Shown here: positions 1-11,662 of the stretch, one piece after another
How the letters are laid out: each line of letters opens with the position of its first letter
Numbering within the stretch: the stretch's first letter is position 1
Assembly: GCF_006345805.1 (NCBI RefSeq)
Contig: NC_043008.1
Coordinates: 52,514,001 to 52,578,000 of the forward strand
Length of the DNA: 64,000 nucleotides
Source of the DNA: Octopus sinensis
Taxonomy: Eukaryota
Reading direction: 5' to 3'
The notes under the pieces: generated by a model
Told to the model about the DNA's origin: nothing
Database searches by the model: none
The model's input: only the letters and a program-made list of their open reading frames with translations
Made by a program: the position numbers and the translations under genes

Positions 1-68
1 CAAGATGAGGACGAATATCCATCAAATGTAAATAATGTACATAATTCCTCATCTCTTAAATATAGAAC

Positions 69-453
69 CGTGGAGGCGCAATGGCCCAGTGGTTAGGGCA
101 GTGGACTCGCGGTTATAGGATCACGGTTTCGATTCCCAGACCGGGCGTTGTGAGTGTTTATTGAGTGAAAACACCTAAAGCTCCACGAGGCTCCGGCAGG
201 GGATGGTGGTGATCCCTGCTGTACTCTTTCACCACAACTTTCTCTCACCCTTACTTCCTGTTTCTGTTGTACCTGTATTTCAAAGGGCCGGCCTTGTCAC
301 TCTCTGTGTCACGCTGAATATCCCCGAGAACTACGTTAAGGGTACACGTGTCTGTGGAGTGCTCAGCCACTTACACGTTAATTTCACGAGTAGGCTGTTC
401 CGTTGATTCGGATCAACCGGAACCCTCGTCGTCGTAACCGATGGAGTGCTTCC
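69..453 (+). mobile_element. tRNA-derived SINE, full length, with 11-bp target-site duplication
   Basis: tRNA-like head with A box (TGGCCCAGTGG) and B box (GTTTCGATTCC); flanked by direct repeat AAATATAGAAC at 58-68 and 454-464. Confidence 0.85.
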
Positions 454-469
454 AAATATAGAACTATTA

Positions 470-1345
470 TCCGTTCACACACATTTCTCACCTATCACAT
501 CTCTATTTTCTCTGATACACTGCTTTGCAATCCTGAACACCTCATGCCTCTGATCCTCACATTGTAAGACCTTTGCAAATCTCTTATCTTCAGTTACTCC
601 TTTTGTTATGTATACCTGACATCTAGATGCCTTTTTGGCTACCTGATATAATTCTCTGCTTCCACCATTTTTCCATTCTTTCCAGGTCTGTCTCTTTGCT
701 TTTATAACACTATTAACCTCCTTGCTCCATTACCATGTCACCTTTGGTCTAGCTGGGACTCCGCACCAACCACAGATTTCATCCACAGCCTTCAGTAGAT
801 TGTTCCTCAAGAACTTCCAGTTGTCCTCATCAACCCTTCCTCACTTTCATCAGAAGCTTCCATTAGCAAATCACTAAATTTTTGTGTTTGCTGGGTCTTT
901 GAGTTTCCATAGTCTTCTTTTCTATATTGGTTTATTTCTCTGGGTTTTTCTAGCTCTAATTCTGAAGTCATTAACTAGTAACCTACATTGGGTTGTACAC
1001 TCTTTGACAAGGAAAGACTTTGCATTTTTAAGCATCCATCTATCTCGTTGCCTGGTGAGGAGGTAGTCAATCAGGCTTATGTGTTCACCAGACTGATAAT
1101 TGATTAAGTGACTGGCTGGATTTTTGAAGTTAGTGGTGCAGATGATGAGATCATTTGCATCACAGAACGCCAGCAATTTTGTTCTCTCCTAATTTCAAGG
1201 TCCAAAACCATAGCCTCCATGTACACCGTGGAATCCATGGGGGTGCTGTCCAACATGTCCATTGAAGTCACCAGCCACAATAATTATTGAGGTGGTCTGC
1301 AAAAGGATCTCATAGAATCAGTACTTTGCCTCTGTGAGGCCTGAC
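470..1345 (-). mobile_element. Degenerate RTE-clade LINE fragment (AP endonuclease C-terminal half plus linker)
   Basis: Minus-strand translation with stops/frameshifts gives IIVAGDFNGHVG, LAFCDANDLIICTTNFKNPASHLINYQSGEHISLIDYLLTRQRDRWMLKNAKSF and ICGWCGVPARPKVTW, typical of RTE ORF2. Confidence 0.85.
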
Positions 1346-3230
1346 ACTCAAAAGGAACTCAGCCTCTGTGAGGCCCAACTCTTATAAGGAACTCAGCCAC
1401 TTTGCCTCTGTGAGGCCCAACTCTTAAAGGAACTTAGCTACTTTGCCTCTGTGAGGCCCAACTCTTAAAAGAAACTCAGCCACTTTGCCTCTGTGAGGCC
1501 CAACTCATAAAAGAACCTCAGCCACTTTGCCTCTGTGAGGCCCAACTCTTAAAAGAAACTCAGCTGCTTTGCCTCTGTGAGGCCCAACTCTTAAAAGAAA
1601 CTCAGCCACTTTGCCTCTGTGAGGCCCAACTCTTAAAAGAAACTCAGCCACTTTGCCTCTGTGAGGCCCAACTCTTAAAATGAACTCAGCCACTTTGCCT
1701 CTGTGAGGCCCAACTCTTAGAAGAAACTCAGCCACTTTGCTTCTGTGAGGCCCAACTCTTAAAAGGAACTCAGCCACTTTGCCTCTGTGAGGCCCAACTC
1801 TTAAAAGAAACTCAGCCACTTTGCCTCTGTGAGGCCCAACTCATAAAAGAAACTCAGCCAGTTTGCCTCTGTGAGGCCCAACTTATTACAGAAACTCAGC
1901 CACTTTGCCTCTGTGAGGCCCAACTCTTAGAGGGAGCTCAGCCACTTTGCCTCTGTGAGGCCGAACTCATTAAAGAAACTCAGCCACTTTGCCTCTGTGA
2001 GGCCCAACCCATAAAAGAAACTCAGCCACTTTGCCTCTGTGAGGTCCAACTCATTAAAGAAACTCAGCCACTTTGCCTCTGTGAGGTCGAACACATTAAA
2101 GAAACTCAGCCACTTTGCCTTTGCGAGGCCCAACTCTTAGAGGGAGTTCAGCCACTTTGCATCTGTGAGGCCCAACTCGAAAAGAAACTCAGCCACTTTG
2201 CCTCTGTGAGGCCCAACTCATAAAAGAACCTCAGCCACTTTGCCTCTGTGAGGCCCAACTCTTAAAGGAACTCAGCTGCTTTGCCTCTGTGAGGCCCAAC
2301 TCTTAAAAGAAACTCAGCCACTTTGCCTCTGTGAGGCCCAACTCATAAAAGAACCTCAGCCACTTTGCCTCTGTGAGGCCCAACTCTTAAAAGAAACTCA
2401 GCCACTTTGCCTCTGTGAGGCCCAACTCTTAAAAGAAACTCAGCCACTTTGCCTCTGTGAGGCCCAACTCTTAAAATGAACTCAGCCACTTTGCCTCTGT
2501 GAGGCCCAACTCTTAAAGGAACTCAGCTGCTTTGCCTCTGTGAGGCCCAACTCATAAAAGAACCTCAGCCACTTTGCCTCTGTGAGGCCCAACTCTTAAA
2601 AGAAACTCAGCCACTTTGCCTCTGTGAGGCCCAACTCTTAAAAGAAACTCAGCCACTTTGCCTCTGTGAGGTCCAACTCTTAAAATGAACTCAGCCACTT
2701 TGCCTCTGTGAGGCCCAACTCATAAAAGAAACTCAGCCACTTTGCCCCTGTGAGGCCCAACTCATAAAAGAAACTCAGCCAGTTTGCCTCTGTGAGGCCC
2801 AACTTATTACAGAAACTCAGCCACTTTGCCTCTGTGAGGCCCAACTCATAAAAGAAACTCAGCCACTTTGCCTCTGTGAGGCCGAACTCATTAAAGAAAC
2901 TCAGCCACTTTGCCTCTTTGAGGCCCAACCCATAAAAGAAACTCAGCCACTTTGCCTCTGTGAGGTCCAACTCATTAAAGAAACTCAGCCACTTTGCCTC
3001 TGTGAGGTCGAACTCATTAAAGAAACTCAGCCACTTTGCCTCTGTGAGGCCCAACTCTTAGAGGGAACTCAGCCACTTTGCCTCTGTGAAGCCCAACTCT
3101 TAAAAGAAACTCAGCCACTTTGCCTCTGTGAGGCCCAACTCTTAAAAGAAACTCAGCCACTTTGCCTCTGTGAGGCCCAACTCTTAAAAGAAACTCAGCC
3201 ACTTTACCTCGATGTGGCCCAATTCTTGAA
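1321..3230. repeat. 42-bp minisatellite, about 45 copies
   Basis: Unit AACTCAGCCACTTTGCCTCTGTGAGGCCCAACTCTTAAAAGA repeated head-to-tail with 41/42-bp variants; explains the repetitive ORFs (AEFLLRVGPHRGKV / LGLTEAKWLSFFYE). Confidence 0.97.
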
Positions 3231-4751
3231 TGGGGCCCTTTACATGCTACTGTCATGGGTGCCAGTTACGTGACACCAACATCAGCCATGACTACGATTT
3301 CACTCGGCATGATGTGTATTCTCAAGCACAGCGTACCGCCGTGCGTCTCTTTCTGTCTCTTTGTCACCCTCACCCACATAGCTTTGCAGCTGGTCGTGAA
3401 TTATTTCTCTCTCCTTCACTTAGCAGTTCAGCAAAATAGACCAGTAACATATATGTACCAAATTTCAAATGAATAAGTAATGAGGCTGGTTTGTTTGACT
3501 AAAGCCATTCAAGGCAGTGCTCCAGCATGGCTGAGGTTGAATGACAGAAACAAGTAAAAGATAAACGATGTCTCTCACTATACGTGATGCTAATTATTAA
3601 CAATTAAGATTTATTTTTCACCTTTATTTACTTCCAACAGGGAAAAAACTGGAACTAACATTTAATTCTACGATTCTTCAGTGGGAGAGAGAGAGAGAGG
3701 GGAGGAGAGTGAGTGAGAGAGAGAAAGAGGGAGAGAGAGAGAGAGAATATGCAGCACCTACACCCTATAAAGGTTGGTATTTTATCCACCAACCCCAAAG
3801 GGATGGATGACAATGCTGACTTTGGCAGGATTTGAATTCTGAATTGCTGAGATCTGGGGTGAATTCTGCAAAGCATTTAATCTGAAGCTCTCATGATATC
3901 ACCAATTCAACACTATTTAGACCCCTGTACCAATGGTAGGTGTCTTTGTCAATGGCCTCTGCAGACTGACTCAATCAACCGGAATCCAGTTTTATAACAG
4001 TAACCAAGTATTTTATTCTCAAAATGACACCTCCCCTTCTTCTCTTCCTTTTTTTTACTTTTCTTCTTTATCACCCTCTTCGACTTGTACTCATGCAATT
4101 CAGTTATAGATAAATCAATGATCTTTTTCTTATCTCAATAAATATGACAGAATAGTTTAAAGTGGGTCACACCATAACTACCTCAAATTTTATGGCATGT
4201 GCATTTAAATTTTCTTTTTTGGCATGAAACGGTTCTATAAAGCTCTATAAATTCCAAATCGTTATTCTTGACCAACTTAGTTCCCCTTCTCCCCTCCTAT
4301 TATTATTTTTCATTGTGTGTGTCTGTATGTATACATATTTGAATATATGTGAATGAATATATGTATGTGTGCTTGTGTTTCTTTGAATGTATGTGTAAGG
4401 TTCTTTTTTTGTGTATGTACATGTTTATGTGTGTATACATATGCATGTGTAAATCTCTCTATGTATGTGTTCATGTATGGGTATATGTATACATGTATGG
4501 AGGGGAGGTGTTAGTATTTGTATGTGTGTTCGTTTGTAATTAATCACTCTCTATTTAAACAGTGGATAACAAACTCTAAAATATCGGTTTGAAAACCACT
4601 TTTAAGCAAGAAACTCCCGTCAGAATGACCTTAAGTCAACACTGTATAATTACTAACATCTAATTATTAAAGCAGAAAAAATATTTCTATTCATTCTTTC
4701 AAATATAAAATACCAAAGATTTTCTAACTTTTATTCTACTGTATATATATA

Positions 4752-5790
4752 TGAGGGGGTACTCAAAAGAAACCAGAATTTTCCAGTATTATTTTATTCA
4801 CCTAGTTTTACATGTTTACACTTTTATTGCCTTCAAAGTATTCTCCATTTGAAGCAATATTTTCAGACATATTTTCTACCGTTCAAAGCAGTGCTGGAAC
4901 ACTTCCAAAATGATACCTTTTATCGCCTCCATCATTTTTTTCTTCACCTCTCCCACAACTACAAATTCCATAGCACCAACTTTTGTCACCTGTGATGACC
5001 TTCAAAAAATGTCTGGATCGGTTTCTTTCAGTTCACAACACCCATTCAGTTGTGACCACTTTTGATCTTCCATGAGGGACAAATTTTACTCTAACACTTT
5101 TCATTTGCAATACCTCACTCTCAAATTCGTCGGTAGGAGCTCCAGGACATGCCGATCATATCAACAAGTTCATCAATTGTTCAGTGATGGACCCCCAAGA
5201 TCAGTTCCTGCTTTTATTTGTTCGGGGGGTCAACAGTCGCCCTGAACGAGAAAACCTACAAAAATTTTCAAGACCAGTCGTGTGACTATCCTCTACCAAT
5301 CAAATCCTATTCAAAACATATACTAATTTGAGCCATGAACTTCTATGAGGCTCAAATTTTACTCTAACACTTTTCATTTGCAATACCTCACTCTAAATTC
5401 GTCGGTAAGAGCTCCAGTTCATCAATTGTTCAGTGATGGACCCCCAAGATCAGTTCCTGTTTTTATTTGTTCGGGAGGTCAACAGTCGCTCTGAACGAGA
5501 TTGGTCTCCACACAATAAGTGACCATCCTAAAGCATGAAAACCACTCATAAGCTTGTGTTTTGCTCATGGCAGCATCTTTGTAAGCTGTTTGAAGCATTA
5601 CAACTGTTTCAGCCACTGTTTTCCCTAACAGAAAACAAAATTTCATGGAAGCACGCTGTTCCTTCATTTCACCCATCACAAAAATCGACAAACAGGGGAG
5701 AAATACTGCAAAACAAAGATACACCACATGGCAGTAGGACATCACTAAGGGACAACGGTCAGCATACCGATGCTCGAGGGTTGCAGCTGG
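4752..5790 (-). pseudogene. Internally deleted mariner transposon relic
   Basis: N-terminal HTH MKEQRASMKFCFLLGKTVAETVVMLQTAYKDAAMSKTQAYEWFS in ORF 5479-5874; first catalytic motif remnant (VITGDKSWCYG) joined to C-terminal IASNGEYFEG; TA followed by TIR-like TGAGGGGGTACTCAAAAGAAACC at 4752. Confidence 0.8.
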
Positions 5791-5793
5791 CCA

Positions 5794-5932
5794 AGGCGGC
5801 GAGCTAGCAGAATCGTTAGCACGCCGGATGAAATGCTTAGCAGTATTTCGTCTGCTGTTACGTTCTGAGTTCAAATTCCGCCGAGGTCGACTTTGCCTCT
5901 CATTCTTTCAGGGTCGATGAAATAATTACCAA
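5794..5932 (+). mobile_element. SINE family A (GGCGGCGAGCTGGCAGAA head), 3'-truncated
   Basis: Matches 5' part of copies at 57901-58132 and 58638-58872; B box GTTCAAATTCC. Confidence 0.85.
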
Positions 5933-5934
5933 TT

Positions 5935-5972
<38 letters not shown>

Positions 5973-5974
<2 letters not shown>

Positions 5975-6162
5975 TGGAGTAAGCACATAAATGTGAAACG
6001 AGGTGGATAAGAGAGTACTCAAATACCAGAGCTAGAGTAATATTCTTTATTGAAAAGCAGCAGAAATATCAGAAATTCGTAGGACAGTTTTGTCTGACGA
6101 ATGGGAACGTGAAACTCTGAGTAACACTTTTTTTGTGATATTTCTGCTGCTTTTCAATAAAG

Positions 6163-6165
<3 letters not shown>
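5973..6165. mobile_element. Short Penelope-like repeat with internal inverted duplication, embedded in (TA)n
   Basis: Perfect 27-bp inverted repeat CTTTATTGAAAAGCAGCAGAAATATCA (6045-6071) / 6136-6162 enclosing a hammerhead-like core; (TA)n flanks. Confidence 0.55.
6091..6126 (+). ncRNA. Minimal type I hammerhead ribozyme candidate
   Basis: TGT-CTGACGA-ATG(GGAA)CGT-GAAA-CTC T GAG-TA-ACA: core CUGANGA and GAAA, 3-bp stem II, palindromic stem III, GUA cleavage triplet, 3-bp stem I. Confidence 0.5.
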
Positions 6166-6198
<33 letters not shown>

Positions 6199-6285
6199 TA
6201 TATACATATATATATACATCTATATACATATATATATATATACATACATATATACATATATATACATATATATATATACACATAC

Positions 6286-6349
<64 letters not shown>

Positions 6350-6350
<1 letters not shown>

Positions 6351-6509
6351 TTTATAATTAGGGTTCAGCAAAGATTTGCTTTGCCATACACTGAAGTTTA
6401 GGAAGGGACTCCCTTTTTAAAGTAGAAGAAATAGCTAAGGTTTTTTGGCTGCTATTTCTAAACTTCAGTATGTGGTAAAGCAAATCTTTGCTGAACCCTA
6501 ATTATAAAG
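6350..6509. mobile_element. 160-bp MITE with ~52-bp TIRs and TA flanks
   Basis: CTTTATAATTAGGGTTCAGCAAAGATTTGCTTTGCCATACACTGAAGTTTAG at left is near-perfectly complemented at 6458-6509; TA on both sides. Confidence 0.8.
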
Positions 6510-6632
6510 TATTACTTAAGTTTACCGTGAAATGGTCCCTTTTCATGCCAAATTCTACTTGGTGAAATTATTGATTACTTCTTAATTAATTAATTTTTCC
6601 CTTTGTTATTATATATATATATATATTATATA

Positions 6633-6682
<50 letters not shown>

Positions 6683-7074
6683 GTATGTATATATATATAT
6701 ATATATATAGGTTATAAAATGAGATAGGGGTTGAAAATTCAACCCACCATGGGATAATATATATCCAATATACTGCTAGATAGGTACCCAACAAAATTAA
6801 TACATAGATGTTAAAAATTGTCAAACAATCAGTTCATCTATTGCATTATATGGGTAAAGGTAATAATATTACCGTAAATTAATACTACAAAATTAGAGAA
6901 TGGAGAAATATACTTAAATCAGTAAAACATCAACTATCCGATGATACTCAATCCATACTTTAATACACCATTACATATGAGTAAAGGCAATACATAAAAT
7001 GAAATGAGATATACAGTAATAGTAAAAAGGTAAAGAGATATAAGTAAAAAATTTTCAAATATAATATGCAAATA

Positions 7075-7195
7075 AATCAAAACTGACAGCTGTTTCGGCA
7101 GTGAGGACAGTCATACCTCATTTAACCTATAAGCCATAAAGGCAGGTATAAATGAGGCATTAACAAGGATGCCCCACGGCCTCTTCAGAGAATTA
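7075..7195 (-). ncRNA. Type I hammerhead ribozyme candidate (mirror copy, left arm)
   Basis: Reverse complement of 7955-8075. Confidence 0.55.
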
Positions 7196-7564
7196 AATTA
7201 AATTTGTTATAATAGTGAAAAATATTATACAATCATATACATATAAATATAAAAATATAAAAATGTAAAATATAAAAACTTATACATCATAAAGCTACAC
7301 TTATATAATATAATACACATTTGTACAAAAAAGGAAGGTAAACAGAACAAAATAAAACAAAATATATAATAGTGTATATATTAATATCAATAAGTACCGA
7401 TATTATACATATTTGGCTAATAGTTTTTTTTATATATATAAAAAAAAGGCTAACATATATGGAGATGAAAAATAATAATTAAATCCGTGGTACAGTTCAT
7501 AAGATTCTAAAGCTATAAAAGTTAATAAAAATTGCTAACTTAACTGTATCTATTTTTTATTATA

Positions 7565-7607
<43 letters not shown>

Positions 7608-7954
7608 AGTAATTTTTATTAACTTTTATAGCTTTAGAATCTTATGAACTGTACCACGGATTTAATTATTATTTTTCATCTCCATATATGTTAGCCTTTT
7701 TTTTATATATATAAAAAAAACTATTAGCCAAATATGTATAATATCGGTACTTATTGATATTAATATATACACTATTATATATTTTGTTTTATTTTGTTCT
7801 GTTTACCTTCCTTTTTTGTACAAATGTGTATTATATTATATAAGTGTAGCTTTATGATGTATAAGTTTTTATATTTTACATTTTTATATTTTTATTTTTA
7901 TATTTATATGTATATGATTGTATAATATTTTTCACTATTATAACAAATTTAATT

Positions 7955-8075
7955 TAATTCTCTGAAGAGGCCGTGGGGCATCCTTGTTAATGCCTCATTT
8001 ATACCTGCCTTTATGGCTTATAGGTTAAATGAGGTATGACTGTCCTCACTGCCGAAACAGCTGTCAGTTTTGATT
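7955..8075 (+). ncRNA. Type I hammerhead ribozyme candidate with long stem II (right arm)
   Basis: CTGAAGA 7962-7968; stem II GGC..GCC extended by GTGGGG/CCTCAC and a 12-bp helix ATGCCTCATTTA/TAAATGAGGTAT; GAAA 8054-8057; C-AGCT-G palindromic stem III; GUC cleavage after 8065; stem I weak. Confidence 0.55.
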
Positions 8076-8363
8076 TATTTGCATATTATATTTGAAAATT
8101 TTTTACTTATATCTCTTTACCTTTTTACTATTACTGTATATCTCATTTCATTTTATGTATTGCCTTTACTCATATGTAATGGTGTATTAAAGTATGGATT
8201 GAGTATCATCGGATAGTTGATGTTTTACTGATTTAAGTATATTTCTCCATTCTCTAATTTTGTAGTATATATATATATATATTATTATTATCAATCTAGG
8301 CAAATACTTCATAAGCTCTCTACTAGTACACCAGACTGACTATATTGTTTAGATTAGAAAAGA

Positions 8364-8604
8364 ACATTTATAGTGCATTTAGGAAAACAAGTAAGGAGTC
8401 AATATCCTCCACCATCATCACTACAAGAACTGGAGACTGTTTTAGCTGAAGAATGGACAAAAATTCCTTTGGAAACAATTCAAACTTTGTACAAGTCCAT
8501 ACCTTGTAGAATTCAAACTGTAATTACTGCCAAAGACGGTCCTACCCCATATTAAAATTAATTTGTTTGAAATTTTAAGGTGTTTCCATTATTTCGTCCA
8601 ACCC

Positions 8605-8607
<3 letters not shown>
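8364..8607 (+). mobile_element. Tc1-like transposon 3' end (transposase C-terminus plus right TIR)
   Basis: HLGKQVRSQYPPPSSLQELETVLAEEWTKIPLETIQTLYKSIPCRIQTVITAKDGPTPY* followed by GGTGTTTCCATTATTTCGTCCAACCCCTG|TA. Confidence 0.85.
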
Positions 8608-8658
<51 letters not shown>

Positions 8659-8940
8659 ATCGTTAGTTGTGTGTGTATGTGTGTGTGTGTGTGTGTTTGT
8701 TTGTCCCTCACCACCTTTTTAAAACCGGTGCTAGTGTGTTTACCCCCTTGTAACACAAGCGGTTCGGCAAAAGTAACCAACAGAATAAAAGGCTTAAAAA
8801 GAAAGGTACCATGTTTGATTCAGTTCACTAGAATTCTTCGAGGCAGTGCCCCAGCTTGGTCACAGTCTAATGCCTAAAAACAAGTAAATGAGCGATGAAA
8901 GATTATACAAATAATATTCCCTGTAGTCGGGGGTAACAAT

Positions 8941-9364
8941 ACCTATTTCTTTACTACCCACAAGGGGCTAAACACAGAGGGGACAAACAAGGACAGACAA
9001 AGGGATTAAGTCGATTATATCGACCCCAGTGCGTAACTGGTACTTTAATTTTTCGACCCCGAAAGGATAAAAGGCAAAGTCGACCTCGGCGGAATTAGAA
9101 CTCAGAACGTAACGGCAGACAAAATACCGCGGATCTTTTCTAAAAGATGGACAGAATTTGTACTTAATTAAATAATTTGGAACTTCGTATACTGGTAGAA
9201 TGTGTCAAAAGAAAACATTAATTTCAACTAGTTTTTTTGAAAAAATTGTATTTTGTAACTTTTACGTAGTTTAATTCTTCGAATTTTAACTATGGAATCC
9301 CATCTTTTAGAAAAAGATCCAATACCGCTAAGCATTTCGCCCAGCGTGCTAACGTTTCTGCCAG
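8941..9364 (-). mobile_element. SINE family A, interrupted by a MITE
   Basis: Reverse complement of family A; colinearity resumes after the 9131-9320 insertion. Confidence 0.85.
9131..9320. mobile_element. 190-bp MITE with GG...CC termini and 8-bp TSD (Merlin-like)
   Basis: TIR GGATCTTTTCTAAAAGATGG / CCATCTTTTAGAAAAAGATCC; TSD AATACCGC at 9123-9130 and 9321-9328. Confidence 0.8.
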
Positions 9365-9632
9365 AACACAATGGAGTGAGGCTCTTCATGTGAAACAGGG
9401 TGGACAGGGGATTCCTCGGGTGGCGGGAACGGAATGGACATGCCGATTCTTAAGGCAGTGCAGGATGGGGGGAATATTCTTCAGGTGATGTAGAGTGGGA
9501 TGGGGACACCTTGTGTGCAGTATCCAATACGTCCTTCTCTATCCTAAAATGGAAAGATATACTTTAAGGGAGATTTGGCTGCTATTTCCACCGGTCGAGC
9601 GATCACGCAGACACATCCACCCCCGTTGGTTT

Positions 9633-9860
9633 CCGAGCTGGCAGAAACGTTAGCACGCAGGGGGAAATGCTCAGCGGTATTTCGTCTGTCGTTACGTTCT
9701 GAGTTCAAATTCCGCCGAGGTCGACTTTGCCTTTCAGCCTTTCGGGGTCGATAAATAAAGTACCAGTTTCGCACTGGGGTCGATGTAATCGACTTAATCC
9801 GTTTGTCTGTCCTTGTTTGTCCCTTCTATGTTTAGCCCCTTGTGGGCAGTAAAGAAAGAA
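9633..9860 (+). mobile_element. SINE family A
   Basis: High similarity to other family A copies in the window. Confidence 0.85.
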
Positions 9861-10350
9861 ATATCTCATTCACTCGCAGTCTTGGGTTGAAATCTAGAGA
9901 AATATATATATCTACAATAATAACAAAGCAACAACTATTACAGCCATCAGCACTTCCGCGACCATCACCTCCGACGCCTCCACCACCGCTGACACCCTCA
10001 CCGCTCCGCTGCTGTTACCACCACCACCACCAACGCCTTTTTTGTTTTGATCGTCACCACAAAGACAAATGTCACATGTGCCATCGCGCAAGTCCCTACG
10101 TAACTGTTTGATCCGCTAGATATAGTAGCTAAAATTTCCTCAAATCGCATCCTTTTATCTTAAAAACGGCCACGGTAGACAATGTGGTCCTGGATTCGTT
10201 GCAAACAAATAAAAATGGAAATGAAAGAGGAGATAGTAGGAGATGGAATACCCATGATTGTAAAGTTAGCTCAACCGAAGCTGATCTGGAAAAATGTCAT
10301 AAAAAATTAACTGAAAAGCAAAAACCACACTTACTCTTGCATACACATAC

Positions 10351-10404
<54 letters not shown>

Positions 10405-10542
10405 ATATATATATATATATTAAAGGGAAAGTTTACGAAAATAAACAAAAGACGAAGGCAGGTGGAGTACAAACAAATAAAAATATATTATATATGTATA
10501 TATATACATATATATATATATAAATATATATATATATAATAT

Positions 10543-10614
<72 letters not shown>

Positions 10615-10654
10615 TATATATATATATATGGAGTACAAACAAACAAATATATAT

Positions 10655-11120
<466 letters not shown>

Positions 11121-11182
11121 TCCTACGACTATAAATATACACATGTTTTGAGTTCAATTTTTCCTGTTTTTATCTCCAAAGC

Positions 11183-11184
<2 letters not shown>

Positions 11185-11256
<72 letters not shown>

Positions 11257-11497
11257 CATCTGTCTGTCCGTCCGTCTAACCGTTATCTATCTATCTATCT
11301 ATCTATTTATGTATGTATGTGTGTGTATGTATGTATGTATGTATGTATGTATGTACGTATCTATCTATCTATCTATCTATCTATCCGTCCGTCCGTCCAT
11401 TCATCTATCTAGCTGTCTGTCTGTCCGTCCGTCCGTCCGTTTATGTAAGTATGTATGTATGTATGTACGTACGTACGTATGTATCTATCTATCTATC
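11185..11497. repeat. Compound microsatellite (TATC)n/(TGTA)n/(CCGT)n just upstream of arrestin exon 1
   Basis: Direct reading. Confidence 0.95.
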
Positions 11498-11662
11498 ATT
11501 TAACATTATTGTTAAAGATGGACCATCTTCTAGTGGTACACCGGTTGTCCTATATTGCTTGTTCACGCCTACATCCTAAGGCAGTGGAGGGGGGGGGGCG
11601 TAATCAATTCAACTCGCAATCACAACTGCACGTTTGTTGGGACGATACGCTGCTTTTCGGAT

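Larger units (their letters stand above)
6883..8267. repeat. 1.4-kb near-perfect palindrome (arms 6883-7537 and 7607-8267, ~70-bp spacer with (TAT)n)
   Basis: Arms are reverse complements over ~655 bp, differing by one 6-bp indel and very few substitutions by eye. Confidence 0.95.

Noticed and set aside
69-150. tRNA gene (also the heads of the other SINEs)
   Set aside because: tRNA-like A/B boxes continue into SINE bodies with a TSD; no complete cloverleaf with a proper 3' end.
1321-3230. CRISPR array or repeat-protein gene
   Set aside because: Units are contiguous with no unique spacers and no cas genes, in a eukaryotic context; frequent 41-bp units break any reading frame.
6047-6401. ORFs rich in Y/I/C/V/M (also near 14149-14739, 15982-16629, 53465-53789, 61137-61963)
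   Set aside because: Translations of (TA)n, (TACA)n and (TG)n microsatellites.
11540-11660. TXNIP/ARRDC4-type carbohydrate response element upstream of arrestin exon 1
   Set aside because: Only isolated CACGCC and CACGTT half-sites, far more than 5 bp apart; no ChoRE geometry.
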